Made by a program: the position numbers and the translations under genes
Source: Octopus bimaculoides
Taxonomy: Eukaryota
DNA length: 64,000 nt
Assembly (NCBI RefSeq): GCF_001194135.2
Contig: NC_068983.1
Coordinates: 31,676,721-31,740,720 of the forward strand
Direction of reading: 5' to 3'
Notes under the pieces: model-generated
Databases searched by the model: none
Seen by the model: only the letters and a program-made list of their open reading frames with translations
What the model was told of the DNA's origin: nothing
Shown here: in pieces, positions 12,378 through 25,335 of the stretch
Position numbering within the stretch: position 1 is the stretch's first letter
Layout: every line of letters begins with the position of its first letter

Positions 12378-14459
12378 CTGAAATCAAATTACACTGTTGC
12401 AAATCACAAGCAAGAAAAAAACCTGACAGAACCTGGAGGACAGTAATACATAGGAAGTATCACAAGGTTCTTAGTTGAGGAGGGTTTAGAGCTTGTGGGA
12501 AAAGATAAAATAAAATAAAGTTATAAAATAAAATAAGAAATATTTTATAGAAGCAAAGATTCATCAATTGCTTGATTGGCTACACCATCTCACCTGCCAC
12601 TCCTACAAACTAAACAGTCTTCAGATCTTTGCTAAACAAGACTGTTTATTTTACTCTTTTTTTTTAAAGACAACACTTTTGATTTCACAGAATCTACTCA
12701 TTATACCAACTCAACTTATTCTTCCATTGCATATCTAGTTTAGGAATAAAAGGTGCAAAATTGTGGTTAAGACAAAAGATTTCGTGTTTCTATCTTCTTT
12801 GTGTTGCTTTACTTTGGCCAATTTAGATTAAGTGTTTAATGAAGATTTTCTCTGTTTTCATAGCTTATACAAAGAAGAGCAGCTTCAATGACCCTTTTCA
12901 AGGCTTCATTGGCAGGTAGAAGGAAGTCATCTTCAGATCAAAGTCCTAACATGATTCTTTGCTTCCTCTCAAGATACCCAATGACACAAGGTTGGTGTAA
13001 AATCAGGCTACAAATTACATCTGTCATTATGTGTGGGTATCTTATTTCAAATTTGTTACAGCACAGGTTGCAGTGTAGAGATCTTTCAAATTGATAATTC
13101 TAAATATTTTATACAGAAGTTTATCTTTCTTCTATGGTTGAGTAAATTAATATTTTTCCTTGACATATAATTTTATTACTGAAATGCAACACACATGAGT
13201 TTGAGATTATCTTTTATTAACTTTGCAATTCCTTTTGTAGGCTTAAAGTTTTTTTTTTCTTTTTTTTTTTTATCTTAACATTTGGAATATATTTCCCTAA
13301 CTAGCTTATTAAATCTGCATATTGTAGTGTCTGGAGATGCTGAAGCTTAAACTCAGCTTCAATTTCATACCAAGAAACACTCAAATTTAACTCTGAGATA
13401 CACAGAGGAAATCATTTAAATGTGGTTGTGGTGGTTAGTTTTGACGATGGAAAGCCAGTGTCTGGTGAGATATAATGGTGTATAAGACTTAAACATTAAG
13501 CTTCTGACACTAGCCTATCATCTTTCTAAGTATTTGCAATGTTGTGCTTTGTGCAGTGAAATCCCCATAATGTGGTGCTAGTGGTGTTAGCATTAGTAAT
13601 GGCAGTGATGATGGCAGTGCTAACAGTATATAGTCTTAGAAGCTGAAATGTTATAATTTTCACAAAATTTCACTTTCAGAATCTTAACATAGCAACCACT
13701 GAACTGCAACTGCAAGATTTAGATTAGAAACCTTGCTAAAAGTCATAGCATTGTGCCTCTAAGAACTTTAGCACATCTGGCTAAAAGCAACAGACATCCC
13801 TCATACTTTAGAATTGTAAACCATTAGCTCCAAGAACAAACCCATTTATAACCAACAATCACAATTATCCCAGTTACAAATCTCAGTGTACTCTACAATA
13901 CTTAATAATAATATTAATAATAAAATTATATTATGGTTAGATCAGTTTTGCAAGAAGAAAGGAATAGCCACATGATTTGAACTCCAGTATATTAGTAAAA
14001 ATGAGATTTTTTAATATGTTGATAAAATCAGTACCAATCATACACCATGGTCAATTCAAGCTACACCCTCCCACCATATCTAAATTGTGGCCTTATGCTA
14101 ACAACAAAAATTTCAATTTATCACAACTGTATTGCTGTCTATGATTTGCATGTCATTGTTGTCAGTCATCATTGTCATCAACATCATCATTTGAACAACT
14201 GTTTTTCTCTATTAGCATAAATGAAATAAGTCTGTAACACAGCACACCATGCATCTCAATCATTTGATATCTCTTCTGTGAAGTAAGATGGCTAGAGCTA
14301 GGAATCAAAAATAGATCAATAACCCACTACATACACCAAGATCTTACTTTCCACTTTACAGTTTTTGCCCTCTCACCAAAATCATAAAATTATTTTTAAA
14401 ACTAAAACCCTTAAAATATTATCATAATTAAAAAATGTAATAATAATAAAATAAAAAAA

Positions 14460-15165
14460 TATAATAATAATAATCCTTTCTACTACAGGTAAAAGACCTG
14501 AAATTTGGAGGGAGGAGTTAGTCAATTACACTGATCCAGTACACAACTGGTACTTATTTCATTGACCCCAAAAGGGAGAGAGGCAAAGTCAACCTCAGTG
14601 GAATTCGAACTCGGAACATAAAGACAGACAAAATGCCATTAAGCCTTTTGTCTATTGTGTTAATGATTCTACCAGCTCACCATCTGAATAATAATAATAA
14701 CAATAATAATAATAATAATAATAGTAATCCTTTCTACTTAAGGCACAAGGCCTGAAATTTGTGGGGAGAGATTAAGCTGATTACATCAACTCCAGTGTTT
14801 CACTGGTACTTAATTTATTGACCTCAAAAGGATGATAGACAAAGTCAATCTTGGCAGAATTTGAACTCAGAACATGAAGACGGACGAAATGCTGCTAAGC
14901 ATTTTGCCCGGCATGATAATGATTCTGCCAGCTCACCAGCTTTTTAATAATGATAATAATCCTTTCTAATATAGGCACAATGTGGAGCAAGGAGGGGTAG
15001 TCGATTAAATTGACCCCAGTACATGACTGGTACTTTATTTTATCAACCTGAAAGGATGAAAGGTAAAGTAGACCTTGGCAGGATTTGAATTCAGAACATA
15101 AAGAACTGGAACAGATGCTGCAAGTCATTCTGCCTAACACTTTAACGAGTCTGCCAATAAATGAC
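14460..15165 (-). mobile_element. Three tandem diverged copies of a ~230-bp SINE separated by (AAT)n
   Basis: Unit aatcctttctact..aagg/acctgaaattt..ctggtactt..gcaaagtc/taga/acct..gaattcgaactc recurs at about 14470, 14725 and 14955. Confidence 0.8.
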
Positions 15166-15827
15166 AGAAAGAACTTACAGTCATCTTGCCATCCCAAGAG
15201 AATTCATACCACAATGAATCAATGCTAGACATTCCATTTGAAGCAAAGATTTTCTGTCTTTTTCAAAGAAACAATTTATTCTAATCCATTCAATATTTCA
15301 AGTAAAATTCTTTTAAAAATAGGTTCAAACGTCATATTCAAATTATTTTTGCTTCTTATTTTATTATTTTTTGTTGTGTGCAGATGTTGTTGATACACTG
15401 GCACCAATTTTTTTTTTTTTCCCAAACATTTCAATTGGTATGTCTTCCCAAAATCTTTAGATACCTTATAAATTTTTTTTATCATTCAGAAGTTACTACA
15501 AAATTTTTGGTTGTGTTTGTTATTCTTTTGTTTTCCAAAAGCATCTCAAATTAATGACAAAACGAAAGAAATCTGCCAAAGAAAGGAAAGGGGTGAATGA
15601 ATGAGGAGGAAAGTAAATTAGGAGAGAGACTCAGACAGAGGGAAATAAAACAATGTATGGAATTGTTGCCATCTTTATAAGAGCAAAAAAAAGATATTTG
15701 TTGATTATTTTTAGATATAAGTGAAAGCTATTCCTTCCTTTAAAAGAAAGAAGAAAAACAAGAGAAAGAAAAAATTTGCAGGAAATGCACAAAAATATTT
15801 TTAAAAAAACTTTTGAATAGATTTCAC

Positions 15828-15952
15828 CTGAATGCACTTCCTTTTCCACCCATGGTAATATAGGACGTGTCACTGACATTTCGCCGATGACCTTTGACAG
15901 CATTGCAAGGAGACTGTGGTGGCGTAATAGATATCAAAAGTTGATTTTCATT
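15828..15952 (-). CDS. AAK1: Exon: NENQLLISITPPQSPCNAVKGHRRNVSDTSYITMGGKGSAF(R)
   Basis: Acceptor ctctgtag, donor gtgaaa, 125 bp; TPPxSP and GHRRxxSD motifs as in AAK1/Nak. Confidence 0.92.
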
Positions 15953-16427
15953 CTACAGAGAAATTAAAATATAAAGTGTTCATTTTGTAAAAATTAGATC
16001 AATACTAATAAGCAGGAGTATCTACAGTAAAATCGTTATTTTATAATTTGATTATTTTAATTTTTAAAGAGTAAATAAAAACAGATTAAATTATAGATTC
16101 AACCTTCTGTTTCGGAGGGCTGAACTTCCATTTCATTCTTTTAAGATTGCTTGAATATAATACATGGGTCAATTTAGTCCATACACTCATCCTTGTGGCA
16201 TTATACTAGCAACTAAGATTTAGATTCATTGCAAAATTTGTTGTTGTTCATGATGTATATAATATCATTTTCATAGTATTAGAACATGTTTTTCTCCAAC
16301 AGCATAAATTAGATAAGTCAGAAATACTGTATTTCTTCAGATATCTCAGCCACTGCAATTTCATACATTTACTTTCATCCAGTTTCAATCATTTATTTAC
16401 TTCAAATAAATAAATTATATATATATA

Positions 16428-17702
16428 TTGTGTTGGCAAGAAAGTAATTTCGTTTTCTACAAATAGATAGAGTTGCGATTCTTTTTAGTGATTTCTCTCA
16501 ATGTTACAATTTTTTATTTTTGACATTTGATAGCCGTTACTTTTAGCTTACTTTAGAAGCAAATTGTGCGTAATTTTGTTTACAGCTGTTAGTTCAGTGT
16601 CAATTTTAACATGGCGGACAAAAACGAACATTTTTGCCATATTTTGCTTTTTTATTTCCATAAAGGCAAGAAAGTTACTGAAGCTAACAAAGAGATATGT
16701 AAAGTTTATAGTGTTGATTGCTTAACAGAATGCACATGTCAGAAATGGTTTTAAAAATTCCATTCTGGAGATTTTTCACTCAAAGATGACCAACATTCTG
16801 GTTGACCTACTGAGGTTGATGATGACCGAATCAAAGCCATAATTGAATCTGATTGTCATATACTGTGCGAGAGATTGCAAAGAGGTTAAATGTATCACAC
16901 ACAGCAACTGAAAATCACTTAAAATGTCTTGGTCTCATTAAGAAGCTTGATATTTGGGGCCCATATAAATTGAAAGAGATTCACTTGACACAATGAATCA
17001 ATATTTGCAATATGCATCTCAAACGCAAAGAAATCAATCTTTTTTTTTAAATGAATCATCACTGATGATGAAAAATGGATTGTCTACAATAACATCTACT
17101 TAAAACAATCATGGTCCAACTGTAATGAACCTGAAGAAACATCATCGAAAGCTGAATTGCATCAAAAAAAGGTTAGGCAGTCAATATGGTAGGATTACAA
17201 AGGTGTTGTGCATTTTGAGCTGCTTCCAAGGAACCAAACGATCGATTCAGATGTTTACTGTCAATAACTAATTAAACTGGAGGAGGCAATCAAAGAAAAA
17301 TGGCCAGAATTGGCATATCAAAGGACATGACAACGCTAGACCACACACATCTTTGCTGACTCGTGAAAAATTTATTGGAGCTTGGTTGGGAAAGGATGTT
17401 ACATCCACCATATAGCCCTGACCTTGCACCATCAGATTACCATTTATTTTGAAGTTAGCAAAATTCTTTGAATGGTAAAACTTTCAATAATGGTGATGAC
17501 CTGAAATCATACTTGCTTCAGTTTTTGGCTGATAAGGACCAGAAGTTCTATGAGCACAGAATCATGAAGTTGCCAGAAAGATAGCAAAAGGTCATCAAAC
17601 AAAATGGAAAATATATAACTGATTAAAGTTCATTCTTTGTATGAAACAAAAATTTCTTTAATTTCAAACTAAAAAACCGAAATTACTTTCTTGCCAACCC
17701 AA
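16428..17702 (+). mobile_element. Full-length decayed mariner (DD34D-type), 1275 bp
   Basis: TIRs TTG(T/G)GTTGGCAAGAAAGTAATTTCG at both ends, TA on both sides. Transposase from ATG 16611 (MADKNEHFCHILLFYFHKGK..) with DEKWIVY, DNARPHTS and HPPYSPDLAPSDYHLF; stops and frameshifts present. Confidence 0.93.
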
Positions 17703-17839
17703 TATTATTCTTTAGCAATAATAGTATTGATGGTGACTTTGAAGTTTCAATCTGCTAAGTCATCATCAGATTATCCAACAATAGCAGGCCAAAACTTTGA
17801 AGTCACTGTCTTGGTAAAGAATAATAAATATGTATTGCA

Positions 17840-18575
17840 TCTTGAGAGAAAAAAGTTGGGCATAAAAAGCATTAGATGTGATGTGCAAGAGAGACGACTG
17901 CACTGGTATGGTCATGTGATGCATATGGATGAGGACAGCTGCATAAAGAAAAGCTAATCTCTAACTGTGGAGGGAACTTGTGGCAGAGGTAGACCCAAGA
18001 AGACATGGCACGAGGTGTTGAAGCATGATCTTTGAACTTTGGGCTTCACAGAGGCAATGACTAGTGACCGAGACCTTTGGCAATATGCTGTGCTTGAGAA
18101 GACCCATCAAGTCAAGTGAAATCATAGTTGTGGTTGATGCTAGTGTCACATAACTGGCACCCATGCCGGTGGCATGTAAAAAGCATCTTTTGAGCACTGG
18201 ACCTCACAAAGGTACAGTGGCTGATGCCGGTGGCACATGAAAAGCACCTTTAAAGTGTTGGGCCTCATGGAGGCAATGACGAATGACCAAGACCTTTGGC
18301 ATTATGTTGTGCTTGAGAAGAAGACCCATCAAGCCAAGTAAAATCGTGACAGATACTGATGTCATGCAAATGGCACCTGTGCCAGTGGCATGTAAAAGCA
18401 CCCATTACATTGTTGGAGTGGTTGGCATGAGGAAAGGCATCCAACTGTAGAAAACCATGCCAAATCAGACTAGTGTCTGATGCAACCTCCCAACTTGCCA
18501 GCTCTGCTAAAATCGTCCAACCCATGCCAGCATGGACAATGGGCATTAAATGATGGTGATGATGATGATGATACT
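17840..18575 (+). mobile_element. RTE-type LINE 3' end
   Basis: VQERRLHWYGHVMHMDEDSCIKK..GTCGRGRPKKTW ORF end followed by the repeat tail and (GAT)n. Confidence 0.85.
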
Positions 18576-19153
18576 CTACAGAAAGTATCAAAGAATCCTT
18601 CGTAAAAAAACATTTATACATACTGACAGAGTAGATAATTGCCCTATGAGTGATGCAAAGCTAGAACACTGAACTGCACAGTTTCGACCGAATGGGAACT
18701 ACCAACGGTCTACCTCCATTGCTATAAATGGTTTATATGTGCTTGTAGCACATACAGTCACAATTAATTAAATACTTAGTTAGGGAGCAAGGGAGAGAGG
18801 AAGGAAGGAAATGTGCTTGGGTGGGTGAGTGGACAGACAGATTTAACATTTGGCATTTCTTTTACATGCATCTACAAATGGCTTTACTGCTCAACTTCCC
18901 TCTCATCATTCCACTTGCATACTCAAACTTTCTCATACAGTTAGTGGAGATTACTGGCTACGTTTCACAAGTGTACAGCATCACAATTTGTGTTACTTGT
19001 GTTCCATGTTATATTACTGTTTATGGAGAGTGAAAGAGAGAAAAAACTTTGATGTAAACAGAGAAATGATTGCCCAGAGTGAAGTAGATAAATAAAGAGA
19101 TAAATTTATATTGGGAGGAAGAAATCGAAATAATAAAAAGTATATACACAGAC

Positions 19154-20121
19154 CTTTTTCACTTTGGGTTCTACTTTGGGAACTTTCATGCAACCTTTAT
19201 TGATGTGCTCAGTAAATTTCTGAGCGTCTTTGGTCTGTTGTAAAGCTGCTATGTTGGATTCAGACCCTGCACCTTTCTCCTTGCTTGATCGGCTAGTTAA
19301 CGCTAAGTTCACTGATGCCAAAGGGGCAGAAACAATTTTATCTGATGACAAATAGTCAGCAGAATAACCCCCACCTTCAATGTTTGCTTGACCAGACTGA
19401 CTACTACTCACTGTCAGAGGAGAAGAGAGACCAGAACTAGCAAACTGATCAGGATTAGTGGTATTTGTAGCATTTGACATGGTTGCCTGGGGTTTATTCT
19501 TTTGTTGCTGTTGATGATGTTGTATTTGCTGCTGCTGATGATGTTGTTGTTGTTGTTGTTGTTGTTGTTGTGGTGGTTGTTGTTGTTGTTGTTGTTGTGA
19601 GGAAGCTAAATTTGAAAGAGAAATTGCACTGCCTGGAGGCAGTTGAGTCTGTGAGGCTGACACAGCTTGTTCTTGTTGCTGCTGTTGTTGATTATGTAGA
19701 TGTTGCTGCTGCTGCTGTTGTTGTTGTATATGTTGCTGCTGTTGTAGATGATGTTGTTGCTGTTGAGGATGGTGTTGTTGCAATTGTTGAGAGTGGTGTT
19801 GTTGTTGTTGCTGCAGTTGTTGAGAATGTTGCTGTTGCTGTTGTAAATAAGCTGACTGGATATGTTGTTGGGGCTGTGATGATTGTTGAGGTTGTTGCTG
19901 CTGTTGTTGTGGTTGCTGCTGTATAAATACACATTGGTTAACATTTGATGAACTGGTCGATGGAGCTGATTGTTGGGGAGCAGTTGGAAGGGATTTCGAC
20001 ATTTGTCCTTGATTGTATGAGTGTTGAGAGTCAAACTGGTGCACTGACATAGTCACAGCACCATGTGGTAATGGTTGCATTGGAGACACAGCATTTGCTG
20101 CAGGTGATGTCTGTGGTAGTT
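19154..20121 (-). CDS. AAK1: Large Gln/His/Ser-rich exon, 968 bp (ELPQTSPAAN...QQQQ...KVEPKVKK)
   Basis: Acceptor tttatttacag in the correct phase; open frame within track ORF 19106..20218. The 3' boundary is uncertain: AAG|gtctgt at 19154, with in-frame alternative AAA|gtgaaa at 19163. Confidence 0.88.
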
Positions 20122-20694
20122 CTGTAAATAAATAATGAATAAATAAATAACTACTAAATTTCAAAACTGACAACACACTATGGTTGCTATCCACACTATC
20201 GGTAAAATTATCATTCATTCACCAGGGCAAGTTCAAGAGGAGATTCCTTCAGGACAAATTCCTTCATGAATCCACCCAGCACCATTTATTTGATTCTGGG
20301 TTTTACTTGCCATGCTTTAAAACAAGGATGATTTTTAGGCACCTAAGTGAAATTTAATTCAGAATGCAGAAAGCTAGAATAAATACTGCAAGAAATATAG
20401 TCCCACCTTCTTATAGTTCTGATAATCCACTATGCTATACTAGTACTTTTTTAGAGAACCCAAAAGGATAAAAGACAAAGTTATTCCTGATGGGATTTGA
20501 CCTTAGAACACAGGGAGTCAAAACAAATACAAGACATTCAATCCAATACCCCAACAACTCTGCTGATTCACCACCTGATATTTAAATAATGTATCTCAAA
20601 ATTTAACAAATAATTATCCTGGTTAAGAATGTGAACACTTTCTGAGAAATGAAATAGAAATTCCAAGTTGAAATCCAATTTCATAGGGTATCAT

Positions 20695-21130
20695 CATTAT
20701 TATCATTGTTTTACATCCACAATCCATGCTGGCATGAGCTGTACAGGTCTACTCACTTGATGGGGTGTCTTCCCCTACACAACATACTGTCAATTAATAT
20801 GGTCCTTCGCTATCTCATTCACAAGGTGTAACAACTTCAGCTCTGTCTTCACCACTTTCTCTTAAGTTTTCCTAAGTCTCCCTCTTCCACAGGTTCCAAT
20901 TACTTCAAACATACAGCTCATCTTTATACAACTGTCCTCCTCCTCCTCCATACACATCACAAATCCATAAGAAGTCTTCTCTCTTATGCACCACAACTGA
21001 TTCCTCTTGTTCAGTTTTTCACTCTGCTCATCTGTGCTTTGTTGCACACTAGTATTACATATCCAGCAGAACATGCCCACTTCATTTCTTTCTAGCCTTT
21101 ATAGATCCTCTATGTTCAAGCTCCCTATCT
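20695..21130 (-). mobile_element. RTE-type LINE 3' fragment, diverged
   Basis: Track ORF ends EEEDSCIKMSCMFEVIGTCGRGRLRKT; (CAT)n at the left end. Confidence 0.7.
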
Positions 21131-21154
21131 CACTACCATGTAGTGATTGCACTT

Positions 21155-21198
<44 letters not shown>

Positions 21199-22459
21199 TA
21201 TCTGAATCATTTGTTATTCACAAGGGTCACCTTTCCCATATTTAATCTAACTTATAACATTCAGAATTTTCTTTGGTCTATCTCTAATATGAGCAGACAA
21301 ATCTTCCAAATACCAAACCCTGTTTATCTTTAAAAAATAAACATTGAATAATATAGTTATTACAGATTGTCAGAAACAAAATGATGGGCTCATGATGGTT
21401 AGAAAACTTAGGTCTGCTCTTACAGCAGTGACTTGGGGCTATGCAACAACAAGGCTATTTTTCATCAAAGCTGTCTATATCAATGCAGTTTCTTCCCCTA
21501 CATACATTAACAAATCAAGCCAACGAGAGAGCTGCTAGATAGTTAGTCCTCTTGATATAAACAACCAAATCTTAAAAACAGGGACATGTAAGATAATACT
21601 GCCCTGGCACCACTGTGCCAAAGCAAAAGACAGTTACAGTTGGATGACCATAATCAAACAGGCTGGTCTGCTCAATTGGAGTTGATCTAATGCTCAATGG
21701 CAATGATATGAACCAATATTTACTGCTGTAAATTTATTAGATCTGCATATATCTCCTCTCAAATGTAGATGTACTTCATATTTTTCTTTGTTTTTATTTT
21801 TACATCAATGTAAACATTAATTGTACAGATCAGTAAATTAATATATTTTCATGTGCTTTTGATACTTGCATTTATAAAAGTGAACACTTTGCACAAAATA
21901 TATTATCAAAGCATAATTTTAATTCATTTATAACAAGAGTAAATGAAAGGTGGACATCTTGGCTTTTTCCCATGAACATTCATTCATAATAGACAAAACA
22001 TGAAGATACAAGAAGAAATACAAAATGGTTTAGTTTGTAGTAAAGATGTCACAAGCAAATTGTCCCTAAGTAGGCCTTTGCACATTTATCCTACATTTAA
22101 CACTGACAGTAAAATTATAGGCTTTTTTTTTTATTGGAAGTGTATCTCAACAGTCAACCAGCCAAATATCAAAAAGAATTTGCTGACTTAAGTGGGAACT
22201 TAAAACACAGCAATATGGTTATTCATTCAGACACTACAGTTAATATAATCATTCTTAATGCATCACAGGTATACATTTCATTATAAATGCAATAAAATGT
22301 AGATATAGTTGCTCCAATACACAGATACACACAATTCTTTGCCTTTTTCACAAACAAGTCTTTGCCTTTGCAGTTTTGTACATACGCATTCAAACAAACT
22401 GACATCCTAATACAAACACACAAACATGTAAGTGGAAACCATTGGAGTGGAAAACTCAC

Positions 22460-22623
22460 CACCTTGTGGAGTGGTAAGCTGATTGCTATTCCCAGGACGT
22501 TTTCTTGAAGATACAGATGTGTGAACAGGCAGACCAAGTCCCCGAGACTGTGGCATAGCTTGCCCTTTTGGCCGTTGCCGAGGAGTAACTGACGTTGTTT
22601 CAATTGTAGGGGTTGTAACAGTT
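22460..22623 (-). CDS. AAK1: Exon: (K)TVTTPTIETTSVTPRQRPKGQAMPQSRGLGLPVHTSVSSRKRPGNSNQLTTPQG(E)
   Basis: Acceptor attttctttcag, donor gtgagt, 164 bp; ETTSVTPRQRPK matches the NAK ETSIAPRQRPK motif. Confidence 0.92.
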
Positions 22624-23460
22624 CTGAAAGAAAATAGGTATATGCCTGATTAAGAAACTGCCATGATTCGTCTCATATTTCTTATTCACATCACTGGTGT
22701 TATCACAGTCATCACCATTATCATCATCCTCACCATCAGCAACACCAGTAGCACAATCAACATCACAATAATCATCATCCAACTCTTCACAATTTTCATC
22801 TTTGTCACAAAATCAATAAACTTATTGAAATACTGCCTTCCATTTTTAGTTAAACCTATTCAGTTATTTTGAAAACTATTTTTCTTCTTTTCTAAACTAC
22901 AGACATGCATATTTTCACAAACCCATCTGAGTCGGTTACGCAAAGGCATCAACAAAAAATAATCATGGTTGCAGGTATGGCTGTATCATTAAGAAGTTCA
23001 CTTTGCAACAACAAGACCCCAGGTGCGATCTCATGTCAAAGTGTTTGAGGCAAGTGTTTTCTACAAGACATTTAAGTTGACCTGTGCCTTTTGAGAGAAA
23101 TTTGGTACACAGAAATAGTGCAGAAACCTGTCATGTATACATATCAAGATCATAATTTTAGTTGACTTTCCATGCTACCATGAGTTAGATGATTTGACAA
23201 GATCCAAAGTGTTGGAGAATCACAGTTGTGCTCCAGTGTCATAACTTTGGCATGGTTTCTAGAGCTGGATGCCCTTCTTAACATCAACTACTTTATAGAC
23301 TGTACTGGATGCTTTTACCATGGCACCAGCATTGTGTGTGTGTGTGTGTGTGTGTATGTGCACGTGCATCACTCACTGACATATATGGAAAATGCAAACA
23401 TCAGAGAAGAAACCAAAAACCTGATGCTTTTTCATTAAAATCCAGTGTGATATTTGTTCC

Positions 23461-23579
23461 AGCAAGTTAGATAATCCTGACCCATTTGAAGCAAGTTAGA
23501 TAATCCTGACCCATTTGAAGCAAGTTAGATAATCCTGACCCATTTGAAGCAAGTTAGATAATCCTGACCCATTTGAAGC
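23461..23579. repeat. 29-bp perfect tandem repeat x4 (AGCAAGTTAGATAATCCTGACCCATTTGA)
   Basis: Four identical copies, no spacers. Confidence 0.97.
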
Positions 23580-25252
23580 CTGTAGTCAATAATGCTACTG
23601 TTCACCAATTCTGACAAATTCTTTTTTTTTTAATCCTTGTCAAATGTAATGCTTATTTTTTCGCATTGTTTTCACTTAATCATGCATTATCTTATAGCTT
23701 CGAAATTTTGATGATATTATTGTATATTTTTAGAATGACACTGTAGGGTAGATGTGAGAAGCCAGATCTGGCTGGTTTGATCATAAACAGGTAGACTATT
23801 TGGGTCAGATATGGCCGGTTTAAATGTTAAAAGGTTAAATAATTCCATGGTTCTTTGTTTTTGCTTTTCACTTTCAAGTTTGCCATATCTATCTGCATTG
23901 TACTATATTTAAAGAAATCTAAAGAAAGATTTACTTTCAACCTTGATCATTAAAAAGAAAATATAAAAAAAATTATTTGCTGAATCTATAGTTTTTACAT
24001 TTTCTTTATTGAAAGAGTCCCTATCTTAGTCCTTATGATCTTGTCAGGTCCTCCAAAACAGGTGATATTGATACAGTTCATGTCACTTCCAAGATGTGTA
24101 AGTCAATGTCTGCAGAATAATGTGGAGAGAGGGGGAATTATAGATATTTAATGGTCTGGGGAAGAAGAATTAAAATAAATAGTGAAGGGGTTGGAGAGAT
24201 GATCCATAGTAAAAGTGCAACAAATGAGCCAGTATGTTAGATGGGGAGAGTATTAACTACATCAGAAGAGATGTGCCCACAGTAATAGCAATAGAATAAA
24301 TCAAAGGATAAAGGTTGTGAGAAAGTTATACTTGGATTCCTTAAAAATGACCTGAATGCATAACCAAAAAATAAGTACTTTCAGTATCAAAATATGAAAA
24401 AGATTTCACAATCAAATCTCTAGCTTGATCTAACATCAAAGACGGAGAATCAGAAGAAATGACACTACGAAAACTCATGGGTAAAAATTTGGAGAAAAGA
24501 ATAAAAGAGGGATTTCGAAATTGATAGTGGTTTAATTACTAAACATGGAAGTGAGTATTGTAAGAAAGCAGTATTAGTTACACTAGAGCATCAACACATG
24601 GAGAAATGGGATCAATAATCTTCTAGATGAGGGTGTCATTTCCTTTAAGAAATAAAGATCCCTAGTTCAAATGCAATACACTATTATGTACTCATTCAGA
24701 AATAATCAGAGATTAAACCATGAGTCAACTTTCACCTGTTTCCAAATAAGGTAATATTTTCCACCCAGTCCAGACATATTTTCATAAAAGACTGCAAAGA
24801 ACAACACTTGCATGATGGTGATATTTGTTTCCTCTCACACACTTACACAAGGAGATACACACAATGGGGTTCTTTTTAGTTTTTGCCTATCAAATTCACT
24901 AACAACACTTGGTTGGTCTGGGGTTACAGTTAAAGAAACTGAACTCAAAACCACATCACAAAGCTATGCCAGCAACTAAGCCATGTTGTGTATGTATATA
25001 TCATCACCATCATCATTCAATATCTGCTTTCCATACTGGCATGGGTAAGACAGTTTGGCTAGAACTGGCAAGCTGGAGAGTTGCACCAGGTTCCAGTTGT
25101 CTGTTTTGGTTTCTATAGGTGGATGCCCTTCCTAACACCAATCACTTCACAGTGTGCTGGGTGCTTTTTATGTGGCACTAGTACAGGTGTGCTTTACATG
25201 GTACTGGCACAGGTGTTTACATACATAGTAGCATAATAAATGAATGACTTAC

Positions 25253-25335
25253 TTGTATAAGGTTGTTTTGACTTGTTTAAATTCCTGTTCTGTCATTGGA
25301 CATGGTAATTTGGTTACATCAGGAATTGGTAAACT
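25253..25335 (-). CDS. AAK1: Post-kinase exon: SLPIPDVTKLPCPMTEQEFKQVKTTLY(K)
   Basis: Acceptor ccctttcctttgtag, donor gtaagt, 83 bp; phases fit both neighbours. Confidence 0.9.

Noticed and set aside
19474-20034. Track ORFs 19474..19926(+), 19606..20034(-) and 19692..19934(-) with poly-V, poly-N and poly-T
   Set aside because: Antisense and alternative frames of the CAA/CAG polyQ exon; open only because of low complexity.
23461-23579. 29-bp repeats as a CRISPR array, or as DPF endocytic motifs (plus-strand gacccatttgaa = DPFE)
   Set aside because: No spacers and eukaryotic DNA; wrong strand for the gene, unit not a multiple of 3, no splice sites.
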